This document shows positions 50,167 through 61,037 of a stretch of DNA of 61,037 nucleotides, one piece after another. Position 1 is the first letter of the stretch; each line of letters starts with the position of its first letter. The notes under the pieces are model-generated. The model saw only the letters and a list, made by a program, of their open reading frames with translations, was not told the origin of the DNA and did not search any database. Origin of the DNA: Catajapyx aquilonaris. Lineage: Eukaryota. The translations under genes were made by a program, and so were the position numbers. The DNA lies in the NCBI GenBank assembly GCA_000934665.2, contig KZ538574.1, forward strand, positions 1 through 61,037. The letters are read 5' to 3'.

Positions 50167-53100
50167 ATGGCCGACGGGACTCGGCTGGCGACCCCGAGCT
50201 CCTCCGGAGCGATGGGCCCCGGGGCAGCGGGGGGGCCGCAGCAGCCGGGCGGGAGCAAGCCCGCCGAGGCCAAGAAGCCCCCGCCTCCGGAGGAGGTGGC
50301 GGACAGGTCCACCATCATGGCCATCCTGCAATTCCTGAGGAAGAATAACCTCAAGGTGTGACTCAAATCTATGCTTTCTCATCCGCAGTCACTTGAATAG
50401 GTCACTCGAAATGTAAAAAGAATACTCTATGCCAGCTGGAGGAGGCTTGTTACAAGAAACTTTGGAGTTAATTGCAGTTCAATTGGAATGAATCCAACTG
50501 ACAGGTGTGCTTGATTGGAGCATGTAGACAGGCGCACCCATACATACATTGTCGTGCCCTTGGAGTACTAGCTGTTATGGACACTACACAGAATATGTAA
50601 TGTAACCTGAGATGGGTACTTATGGCACAACAGCGTGATGATGTAACAATAAAAGGCTGTGCCATTTTAAAAGGAAGTCAGAAGTACCTGTATAGAGGCA
50701 ATTTCAAAAATTTAGCAGGAAATGAGCTAATTGATAATGGGTTTGCAGAAGAAATGAGGAGGTGAGATGCAAAGTGATACCTTATATCTGGAGATAGAAG
50801 GTATTTTCAGGAGAACCAATTTTCTGTTGTGACCATGTGCTTCACTTATTTTTAGTGGTGGTGCCCACAGCAGGATATGTAATCAGTGTTCACCAGAGGA
50901 CTATTTAACAGCAAGATGACATCAATAATATAATTACTGAGTTATTCAAGTCCGTTAGCTGATATAAGTCAATTAAGTAAATTGCGTACAAGAAAAACTA
51001 TTTTTTTATACTGGACCAATTTTTTGGGGGACGACTTTAAATTAACTAATCAGTATGTTGGAAGTTCTCTCATGTGTGATGGCAGAGTTACCTCAAGAAA
51101 AAAAATAATTGAAGATAGATCACTTTGCATCTCACCTCCTCAAATATGACAAGTCCTATCTTGGCAGTTTTTAGTTATTTACATCAACAAGTAGCATGCT
51201 TTTTTTATGCTCTATTCCATGGCGAAGTACATTTAGTCCTAAACTAAAGGTTCATAATGAGCCGTGATGGGTGGTGTGCTGTCTTCATTAGTGTGTAAAC
51301 AAGTGCAAGGTCAAATATTCACTTTCAATTCTCAGAAACCTTTTGTTTGTTACGGTGGATTTCTCCTGCATGCCTACAATACAAATATTTCATGAAATGT
51401 TTTAAATGTCTTTATTATCGTTTCTCTTTCAGCAAACAGAAGAACTGCTGAGGCGTGAGGTTAATGTGACTGATTCTGGAGATTCACAAACTGACTCAGA
51501 AGTCAGTAATGTTTTGTCCGCCTACAAGAGTGAAGGAGATCCTGATACTTATTCCCATGCCTATTCAGAACTAAAGAATTTCATTGAGAGCACACTGGAC
51601 ATTTACAGGGTATGCAGGAATATTCTTTAAATACATTTGCGGCATGCTGTACCTTTAAGAGTTTTTTTCTGTGGCCTTGATAGTTTTTCTATATTTCCAG
51701 CATGAACTTGGCATGATATTGTATCCTGTGTTTGTCCACATGTACCTCGAACTAGTTTACAATGATCATGAAACCCAGGCCGCCAAATTTATGGGCAAAT
51801 TTGGTAAGGACCAGGAAGAATATTATCATGAAGATATCAAGAAATTGTCATGTGTTGTTAAGAGAGATCACATGAAGGGGAATGAACTAATGGAAAATTT
51901 TAAGTGAGTACTTGCAAGTGCCTGAGGAATTATTTGGGGAAATATTGGTGAGGTGTTAACTGTGAGACTTGCTTCAGATCAAGCCAGTTTATAGTGAAGA
52001 TGTCTCGAGATACATACACAACACTGAAGAGACACTTGCAAGAGAAGAAGCACAGCGTTGTGCTGAACATCATACATGACCACTTGTACTTGGATGTTTA
52101 TGAAGGTGTTCCCAGAAGTAAGACACAAGTGGAGGCCACTTCAGGATCCATGATTGGAGAAGCAACTAGGCAAGGTTGGTTCTGAAGGTCAAGTGAAAGG
52201 TTCAGTGTTTGTTATTCAGCAAAAGAAATTATGCTGATTATCCTGAACATAATCAGAATCCATCTTAATTTTGATTATGTTCAGGATATGCCAGGGTTGT
52301 CATTTGGTACACAAGTACTGCTCTATGACGTACCATATTAATTGCAGACAACAAGATCAAAGTTTTTTATGGCCTGCTGAAGGAGCCAGACATTCCTTAC
52401 CTTCCTATTGAGGAAGAGGATGAAGGGGAAGGGGAAGGAACAACAGACAAACCCAAGAAGAAGAAGGCCAAAAAAGACTCCATGTTCAACAAGAAGCAGA
52501 AGAATGATCCTAATGCACCTTTGAATAACAGAATGCCCCTGCCCGAACTGTACGTATATAGACATGTGTGAAGTACTTGACAGCTTTGTAGGAACTCTTT
52601 ATTATTTGCCTTTTCTATGCAGACGGGATATTGACAAAATTGAGAAATCAAAGGCACTTCGGGAAGCTGCAAAGCGAATTACTATGGGACCAGAAAGTCT
52701 GCCATCAATTTGTTTCTACAGCCTTCTCAACGCAAGTGGATTGTAAGTGTTGATGTTGTTCTGTATATTTACGGCTCATGTCTCAGAAATCATCAGTACA
52801 TTTCTTTGCCCCCAAGAGACTGACAGGAATATTCTGATAATCCGAGTTACATTGTTATTAACTCATTGATGGACCTTTCAGGGTTACGTGTGTGGAAATA
52901 TGTGAGGATTCAACTCTGATGGCCGTAGGATTTGCAGATTCTCTTGTTAAAGTATGGAGTTTGGTGCCACAGAAACTAAAATCAATGAAACCAGCAGACC
53001 AGTTACAAGACATTGACAAGGAAGCAGGTCCGACGTTGTTTTATTGCTTTAAGATAATTAGCTGGATCATATAACAAGTTATTTGTCACATTCCAGAGGA

Positions 53101-56100
53101 TGTTCTTGTGAGGATGATGGATGATCGGTCATCAGAGACAAGTCACACTCTGCTTGGTCACTCAGGCCCTGTTTACAGAGTCAGTTTTAGTCCTGACAAA
53201 ACGATTCTGCTCTCTTGTTCGGAGGATGCAACCAGTAAGTTGACTGTTTTTATCAGACGGAAAGTAGGAGTAAGGCTGTGCGGTTAATTGGTTAATTTTT
53301 AGCCTATTGCATTAACTGGTTAGCCGGTTAATTTTTTATGAAATAACCAGTTATTACACTAACCGGTTTGTCTAATGAACTGGTTAATGGGTCTCAGTGA
53401 TCGGATTTCAGAATTACCGGTTTATTACCGTCAAAGGAGTGGTGTGGCACTGTGGTGTGCGCGGACAGTGAGAGTGAAGCGGGCTACACACGTTGCGAGT
53501 TACTCGGCCGAGTAGGGGATTACGCTTGCGCAGTAGCCTACTTGCCCTGTGAATAGGTAGGATCGTGGGAAACAGATTCAGAAGGCGAGTGAGCATGCAC
53601 AGTAGGCTACTCTCCCACCTGCTCAGCGAGTTACTGACTACGTGTGTACCCTATTACTGCAAGCCACATCCACGGAATCAGAAAGAATGTTTAGCATGTG
53701 CAGGGTAGTAATTAATGATTTAAGGACATGTCTCACAGGTGAGCATGCTGAGTGGCTCATTTTTAACAATGAAAAGGAGTATGTGCCAAAGCCGTAAGCC
53801 AAGTTTGTAATTTGTAGTTCGTAGCTTTCATTTAGCACATTAAAGATTTCTCACTTGCTCTGATCTCGTGTGCTATTTACCAATTTCCTATGAAAATAAC
53901 CAGTTAATCTCAAATAACCACTACCCGGTTATAACCGAGGTTATTTTAATAACCGATAACCGGTTTCAAAATTCAATAACCGCACAGCCCTAAGTAGGAG
54001 TAATCCTTTACCCAGGCTAAGGCCAAATTACTCCATAGAATTTAGAATAGGAAGCAAAATTGCTGCAAGTAGCTGCAATTAAGATTTGGCGACATCTCTA
54101 TGGGCCATTCCACGTGAAATCATCACGAGGTATGCTCATGAATTTTAGATTTCCAAAATAATTTGCAGGGAGATAGACCTATCCCTAAACTCTCGATTTC
54201 CCAAGTATTTCGCTCCGCTGTCCTCAAGGTCACGAGAGGTGAGGGGATATGTCCGAGGGGGCAAATTGCAACTTTCAAATCGAGTCACTTTCAGAATCGA
54301 ATATCTCAAAAACTACCCTTCGTAGCGACTCTTCTCGTGGAACATTTGTTTCAGATCATGCGAAGTAGGATTTGAAAATGTAATCACTTACTCGATATAT
54401 GTATTGTGTAATGAGTTACAGCCTCCACAATATTTGTATTTTTGTCATAATTTGCTCTCTTTCGGAATTTTTATAGCCGTAAAATTGAATTAATTGGCAA
54501 ATATTATACCTTGTCGGAGACATATCCATGTACCTGATCTCTCGCAAATTATTTAGCGCTGTACAATATATAAACTCTGAGAAATTAACAGTTGTATTTT
54601 GAAGAAACCTCATTTTGGCCATTATTGAGGCGCGAAAAAAGGTATGTGGGACAACGACTAAAAATCAGGAAGTGAGTTATTCGGATAGTCGAAAACGTGG
54701 GCTTTCAGAATATATCTACCGGATATATGATCATCTGGCCTGGAGAGACGGTAGGGCCTTTTGTTTGAAGGCAAGTTCCGCTGGCAGCTGCGGCGTCTTC
54801 ACCCCGCCATCATCGGATGGCTTCGGACAGTGCTTCGGACTCTCCAGTCTTTTCCTGTGAGGGCAGTATGATGGCGGGGTGAAGACGCCGCAGCTGCCGG
54901 CGGAACTTGCCGTCAAACAAAAGGCCCTACCGTCTCTCCATGCCAGATTATCATATATCAGGTAGATATATTCTGAAAGCCCACGTTTTGGACTATCCGA
55001 ATAACTCCCTTCCTGATTTTTAGTCGTTGTCCCACATACCTTTTTTCGCACCTCAATAATGGCCAAAATGAGGTTTCTTCAAAATACGACTGTTAATTTC
55101 TCCGAGTTTATATATTGTACAGCGCTAAATAATTTGCGTGAGATCAGGTACATGGATATGTCTCCGACAAGGTATAATATTTGCAAATTAATTCAATTAA
55201 CGGCTATAAAAAATTCCGGAAGAGAGCAAATTATGACAAAAATACAGATATTGTGGAGGCTGTAACTCATTACACAATACATATATCGAGTAAGTGATTA
55301 CATTTTCAAATCCTACTTCGTATGATCTGAAACAAATGTTCCACAAGAAGAGTCGCTACGAAGCGTAGTTTTTGAGATATTCGATTCTGAAAGTGGCTCG
55401 ATTTGAAAGTTGCAATTTGCCCCCTCGGACATTTCCCCTCACCTCTCGTGACCTTGAGGACAGCGGAGCGAAATACTTGGGAAATCTAGAGTTTAGGGAT
55501 AGGTCTATCTCCCTGCAAATTATTTTGGAAATCTGAAATTCATGAGCATACCTCGTGATGATTTCACGTGGAATGGCCCCTATGTTAGTTGTAGAGAATG
55601 TCAAGGAGAATGTCTTGCATGGCAGACCACATAGTTACTGTGCCATGGAAGCCATTTATCCAGATGGATATTTTGGATAATTTGCCAAGGGTACCGATAA
55701 ACTCCATTTATACACTATTTGTTGATGCGCCAGCGACATGGGTTTTTTTGTTGTATAATTTTTTTGTACATGCTACCAAAAAGCTGCAATTATGTGATTT
55801 TGTGTGAGTGTCTTTCCGGTACATGGGAAACCGAAAATCGGAAATAAAGAACTTTACTTACTTACTATCCAGATGGATATTTTCAATAATTGCATTGAAA
55901 TTCACCCTAAGCCGCATAAAAATATGTACGTCCTTAACATAGAAATTGTTCATAATGCCATGTTCATTTCTAGATCTTATGATAGGCCTACCAAGTGAAA
56001 GTAACTCTTCAGTCACTTTTAATACTAGACATGTGTCAAGTCATCTAAATTTGTTTCTTTGCAGTTCGGTTATGGAGCCTTCAGCTCTGGACTTGCCTGG

Positions 56101-58665
56101 TCTGCTACAAAGGACATGTGTTTCCTGTATGGGATGTTTGCTTCTCCCCTCACGGGTACTACTTCGCCAGTGCAGGGCATGACAAGACAGCCAGGCTTTG
56201 GGCCACAGATCACCACCAACCTCTCCGAATATTTGCTGGTCACTTCTCAGATGTTGATGTAAGTTGCTGACAACACATGTACGTTGCCTGCATCAACAAA
56301 ATACACTCTTTCAGTGTGTCCAATTTCATCCTAATTCAAACTATGTGGCAAGTGGATCAAGTGACCGAAGTGTCCGGATATGGGACTGTGTGTCTGGAGC
56401 ATGTGTGAGGATGATGACTGGTCATAAAGGAGTTATCACCTGCCTGGTCTTCTCCATGGAGGGGCGTTTCCTGGTATCGTCAGGGGCCGACTGTCGAATC
56501 CTAGTGTGGGATTTAGCCCACGGGCATCTACTGGCTGAGCTTGGTGGACATGGGGGAACCCTGCAGTCAATGTGCTTCAGCAGGGATGGGAATGTGTTGG
56601 CATCGGGTAATGGTGAGAGTGCATAATACAGGGTTTCGTAGACTATGAAAGGTGCTGTTATTATTGGAAAGGCTTAAGGGGGCCGGGTCACTACGTTTCC
56701 CGCCATTTTCTTGGTAGCAGCGAGCGAAAATCGGGTGCACTGACTCGTGTTCGTTCGACGAATCCTGGCGCGCTGTTAGAGATACGGACACGCAGTTTTT
56801 TTGCATTGTCCGGAGAAAGAGCAGGCGCTTTAGTTCTAATCGGCCAATAAATAATCGATTGACGATGGGAAATGTGTTTGGGAATTGACGTCACATTCTA
56901 ACGCTACACATTCTAAGACCCCAATTCAAATGGGCGGATCCGTTTCGACGCCCCTGTGACGTCAATTCCCACACGCATTTCCCATTGCCGATTGATTACT
57001 AATTGGCCGATTAGAACCGCTCCAGGGCCGGAGCAAGCGCCAGCTCTTTCTCCGGGTGATACAAAAAACCGTGTGTCCGTATCTCTAACAGCGTGCCAGG
57101 ATTCGTCTAACGAAGACGAGTCAGCGCACCTGATTTTCGCTCGCTGCTGCCAAAAAAATGGCGGGAAACGTAGTGACCCGGCCCCCTTAATGTGCCTTCT
57201 CACAGGGTACATATAAGAGTGTAACAGAAGATTACAACATTTTTATTCCTTGTGACAAGAAAATTCAGGCTCTGTGGTGGGTCATAACAATTACAGTAAA
57301 ACTTCTATAAGTCAAATCTCCATGGGACCGGAAAAAGACTTTGAGTTACAGAATATTCGAGTTAGGGTAGTTTGGAATTTTTTAAGCACAGAACTCTATG
57401 AGGGCAGGCTACCTTAATATCCAGCGACGAAAGGTGTTCAAAACTTTAAAATAACTGTCACTATCACACTTACAATGTTCCTCGTTGTTTTGTTGTAAAA
57501 AAATCTCCATTATGGACATTTTGCCTACTCTTAGATTCAAGGATTCAATTGTCACAATCGGGTCAAACACTTCTTTCGGTACGTCTGGTAGACGGAGATC
57601 ACGAAATTGAGCCTTTCTGTGCATGCGGCCCCTTCGGCTGGGAAATTAGAAAATTTTCCGTACTCGCCAACATGAACTTCGACTTAGGGAGACTGAAAGT
57701 TCATTGATATCCCATCGTAAGGCCCTGCCAGCACTTCGAGTTATGGAGAACTTCGAGTTATAGAAATTCGAGTTAGGGAAGTTTATTTCATTAATTTTTT
57801 ACATTGTGACCAACCAAGCTCACGATTTTCTTCGACTTATAGAGAACTTCAACTTAGGGAAGTTTGATTTATAGAAGTTTTACTGTAGGTCATACCTCAC
57901 TTTACGGTGCTGTCAATTATATTCGGTTATATTATTTTCGGCTCTTACATTACCCCTGCAGTGCATCCTCACTTCAGTTGAGGATTAGTATTTTTTTTAC
58001 GTTTACATTACATTTTAAAAGAAGAGAGAGAGAGAGAGAGAGAGAAATTGGTATCAAAATTGCAGCAAGTATTGCTATTCGCATACCAAGGCAGACATTG
58101 TGCAACCTGTCCTGCAATTTTCCCATTTGCATTGTGTAAGAGTAAGTCGTGTGAGTAACCTTCATCGGTTCCTTAATTTCTGTCTCATTGAAGGAAAGAC
58201 TCCTTCAAATTTTTATCATTCATTGTGTAGTGAGACTAAAATTTAAGTTTGGGTGTGGCTGCACCTCAAATCTAAGAAGAAGCACAACTTCTACCTGTTT
58301 GATGCACCTGTCATTGTGTGATGAATTTACGTCTTTCCAAAATTCGAGTTTTAGCATGAGTACAATGCATACTTTTGGCATTCAAAAAGACAGGCAAATA
58401 ACTAAAGCAGATGTAATTGAATGTTAGATGACAATATTCTATTATAATTTCAGGTGGTCTGGATAGCTGTCTGAAGCTATGGGACTTTGCTCGCCTGGCT
58501 GAGGAAGTTTCTCTAGAGGACGTTAACATTTCTCACAACCCAGATGTTCGTAGGAATCCAGAAAATTTTCTTTTGGCAACGTACCCAACTAAGACTACCC
58601 CTATCTTTTGTTTGCATTTTACACGCAGAAACCTTCTCTTGGGTTCAGGACCTTTTGAAGGGTGA
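50167..58665 (+). CDS. TAF5: TFIID subunit 5 (LisH, NTD2, WD40), ~689 aa
   Basis: Exons 50167-50355, 51433-51609, 51701-51903, 51978-52174, 52348-52549, 52623-52742, 52882-53027, 53097-53234, 56065-56258, 56315-56606, 58454-58665. Motifs LYPVFVHMYLELV, LPSICFY, FHPNSNYVASGSSD. Confidence 0.95.
50756..51141. mobile_element. MITE with GAG termini and 4-bp TSD (Sola-like)
   Basis: AAAT|GAGGAGGTGAGATGCAAAGTGAT ... ATCACTTTGCATCTCACCTCCTC|AAAT. Confidence 0.8.
53271..53992. mobile_element. Non-autonomous hAT element
   Basis: 8-bp TSD AGTAGGAG on both sides; TAAGGCTGTGCGGTTA / TAACCGCACAGCCCTA; subterminal TAACCGGTTA repeats. Confidence 0.9.
54102..55579. mobile_element. 1.48-kb foldback element (712-bp arms, 54-bp spacer, 4-bp TSD), Sola2-like
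   Basis: CTAT|GGGCCATTCCACGTG ... CACGTGGAATGGCCC|CTAT; arms 54102-54813 and 54868-55579. Confidence 0.9.
56678..57186. mobile_element. Foldback MITE with TTAA TSD and GG termini (Kolobok-like)
   Basis: TTAA|GGGGGCCGGGTCACTACGTTTCCCGCC ... GGCGGGAAACGTAGTGACCCGGCCCCC|TTAA with ~220-bp arms. Confidence 0.85.
57294..57885. mobile_element. Tigger/pogo-like MITE
   Basis: TA|CAGTAAAACTTCTATAA ... TTATAGAAGTTTTACTG|TA; internal TTCGAGTTA repeats. Confidence 0.85.
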
Positions 58666-58729
58666 ACTGTTCCTTCAATCTTATTTCTAATAATTATTTT
58701 CAGTTTAAAGTGCTTATTGACGTGTTATG

Positions 58730-58812
58730 CAGGTTGAGAATCCTTTATCCGAAATTCCAAAATCTGAAATATTGCCGGTCCCAGGCATTTCAGATAAAGG
58801 ATTCTCAACCTG
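58730..58812. mobile_element. 83-bp Tigger-like mini-element just after the TAF5 stop
   Basis: CAGGTTGAGAATCCTTTATC ... GATAAAGGATTCTCAACCTG|TA. Confidence 0.8.
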
Positions 58813-59882
58813 TATCAATTTCACATTGACTTTCACACAAAAAATGTGTCATTAGTGTATTGAAATATGTTCATGATAGTTAGTTGAATTGCAATTGATG
58901 AATGAGACAATTCACCTTTTATAAAAATCAGTGCAGTGTATGGAATGAATGTACCGTCATTTCTCCTGATGTAGGCGGGATGAACATTTGAAGAAACAAT
59001 ACAATAATAATCTTATATATTTGTAATTTGGCTGTTTTTGTCTCTTGATATCCACCTTACCGTGTTTGAAGCTGCAACAACCCGTAAAGTACCCTGACAT
59101 TTTTATAATATTTTATAAGGCAACTTGTAGTTATGAACTTAAAATTTAAATGCTGGGAACCTGATATTTTAGGCCAAAAAACAACATCATCGTACTGACA
59201 CTCAAAAGTCAAAAGGCATGTAACCTTCAGGGCCCAGAGAGGAAATGGGAGAATTCTGAAGTAATTTGAGTACAAAATGTTGACTGGCAGGTAAGGAAGT
59301 TGGGTTCTTTCAGTTTACTTGTCATATGTCTTGTGTAGTGGACTGGAGAAGTGCTGCATTTATTTCAAATGTGTACTTGACCAACTTGCTCATTGCGAGG
59401 AGTTTAAGCAAGCAGCAAGCATGCCTTGAAATATTGCACTTCATACACTGGACATGTATCCCTTGGGTGTGTGACCTACATGCCAAAGCACAGACATTCA
59501 AATGAAATGAGGCAGGACGACACTAAAAAGTTGGGAAACTCCATGTTGGTCTTGCTACCATTTTAATGACTCCATTGTTCATTTGCAAACTCACAAGAAA
59601 TGCTACATACTTGCATGTAGTAGAGACCATTATCAGCTAATACGCTTAATGGCCCTTAAATGCTTAAAGGAGGCCATGCCATGCCATGCCAGAGGGTCAA
59701 AGTACTACAGATCAATGTAAGTTTGTTCTTATGTGAGTTTTCTTGCCCTTTTTGCAGATTTGAATATTTTCTTACCTGAACTCGACCACCATTTCACATT
59801 TTTGCCCGTCAGGGTGTGGACAAAACTTTGTTGGTTCTCTTGAAATCCACATACACTGTAGGCTATTCCCGATTAACTCCTG

Positions 59883-60552
59883 GGCTACCAGATCTAGGCG
59901 CTGAGATTCGTTTCTGTTCAACTTGCACCTGCTCTGAAGATACGGAGAAGATATTTTACAAATAATAACAGCTATACTTACACATTCATGCTGTACAGTA
60001 CACCATGAATATGTTAGGAACAATTTTCCACTTCCAGAAGTCCCAAAATTAATTTCCAAAAAGATCGCCATAACAACTCGAAATTAAATTACTACCGGCC
60101 AACTGTTAGGCTGATTTAATTACGAAATACATTAAAATGTACGGAATAACAACCTTGAGAATCGTGCTGCGACAAATATGCTGAAATCGCCGTACTTCGG
60201 CTTGTGTCCCACTTCGGAAGACTTCAAAATGGATTTCATTTTCGCAAAGTACGACGGTTTCAGCAGATTCATCATAGCATGATTCTCAAGGTTGTTAATC
60301 CGTATATTTTTAAACAGTTGGCTGGTAGTAATTTAATTTCGAGTTGTTACGGCGCTCTTTTTGGAAATTAATTGTGCGACTTCTAGAAGTATATGCAATT
60401 GTTCCATACATATTCATAGTGTACAGCATGAATGTGTAAGTACCGGTATAGCTGTTATTATTTGTAAAATTTCTTGTCCTTATTTTCAGAGTACGCACAA
60501 TAAGCTGAATGGAAGTGACGGAAGCGAATCTCAGCGCCTAGATCTGGGGGCC
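59883..60552. repeat. Degenerate ~670-bp foldback element
   Basis: CCAGATCTAGGCGCTGAGATTCG / CGAATCTCAGCGCCTAGATCTGG, plus inner pairs such as TAACAACTCGAAATTAAATTACTACC / GGTAGTAATTTAATTTCGAGTTGTTA. Confidence 0.8.
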
Positions 60553-61037
60553 AACCGTGCTAATGAATGCATAATAATGTGTGCCCGGATAATCCGAAAG
60601 TGGACCCAGACACCATTAAAATGAGTTCTTGAGAGGTTTTTAGCGAACTACAACTGTAGGCTACAGAGTGTATACTGCTTTAAGGTGGAAATGAAGCTAG
60701 AGTCACTCAATGAGAATTTTATGAAAAAAACATGTTGCGCAGTTTTGTGTCCTCTTATCAATGGTGCAAAGAAAAATACACGTCACCGTGCAAATTAGCG
60801 AACTGGAGGGCTCAGAAGTTCGCGATTTAACATGGGCCCTTATGGCAGAATTTTCAATAGTCCACAAAGAAATGATAAGCAAATGAGAATTTTAAAATTT
60901 AATGTGGAATATGTCGGGAATTATATACTGATCGTAACCACAAAAAGAAAAACCTACCTCACCGTGCTCTTTCAATTTGTATTGCTGGAAAACGATCCGA
61001 AAATGATCCAGTGACGTCACATTGCTCCACTCGAGTG

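Noticed and set aside
54416..55265. Paired near-identical ORFs on opposite strands
   Set aside because: By-product of the foldback; no recognisable domain.
57700..57880. Regularly spaced TTCGAGTTA repeats resembling an array
   Set aside because: Subterminal repeats of a Tigger-like MITE in a eukaryote, not CRISPR.

Overview
Gene-dense eukaryotic window, inferred to be an insect from TRPA1 similarity and intron style, with one assembly gap at 38203-38319. Splicing exons by hand gives eight intact protein-coding genes: TRPA1 (+), a compact type I PIP5-kinase nested on the same strand inside a TRPA1 intron, Cdc6 (-), CWC22 (+), EFHB (-), Rab5 (+), a 25-aa RPL41 (-) missed by the ORF track, and TAF5 (+). 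TRPA1 has mutually exclusive linker exons and a candidate alternative N-terminal exon. Introns and UTRs are packed with non-autonomous DNA transposons (TA-, TTAA-, 4-bp- and 8-bp-TSD types). These include a near-perfect 1.48-kb foldback in TAF5, a mariner remnant and a tRNA-derived SINE. The most notable items are the TRPA1/PIP5K nested pair with phase-compatible splice sites, the TRPA1 isoform exons, and the RPL41 gene with spliced UTRs. Homology calls rest on recalled family motifs; no searches were run.
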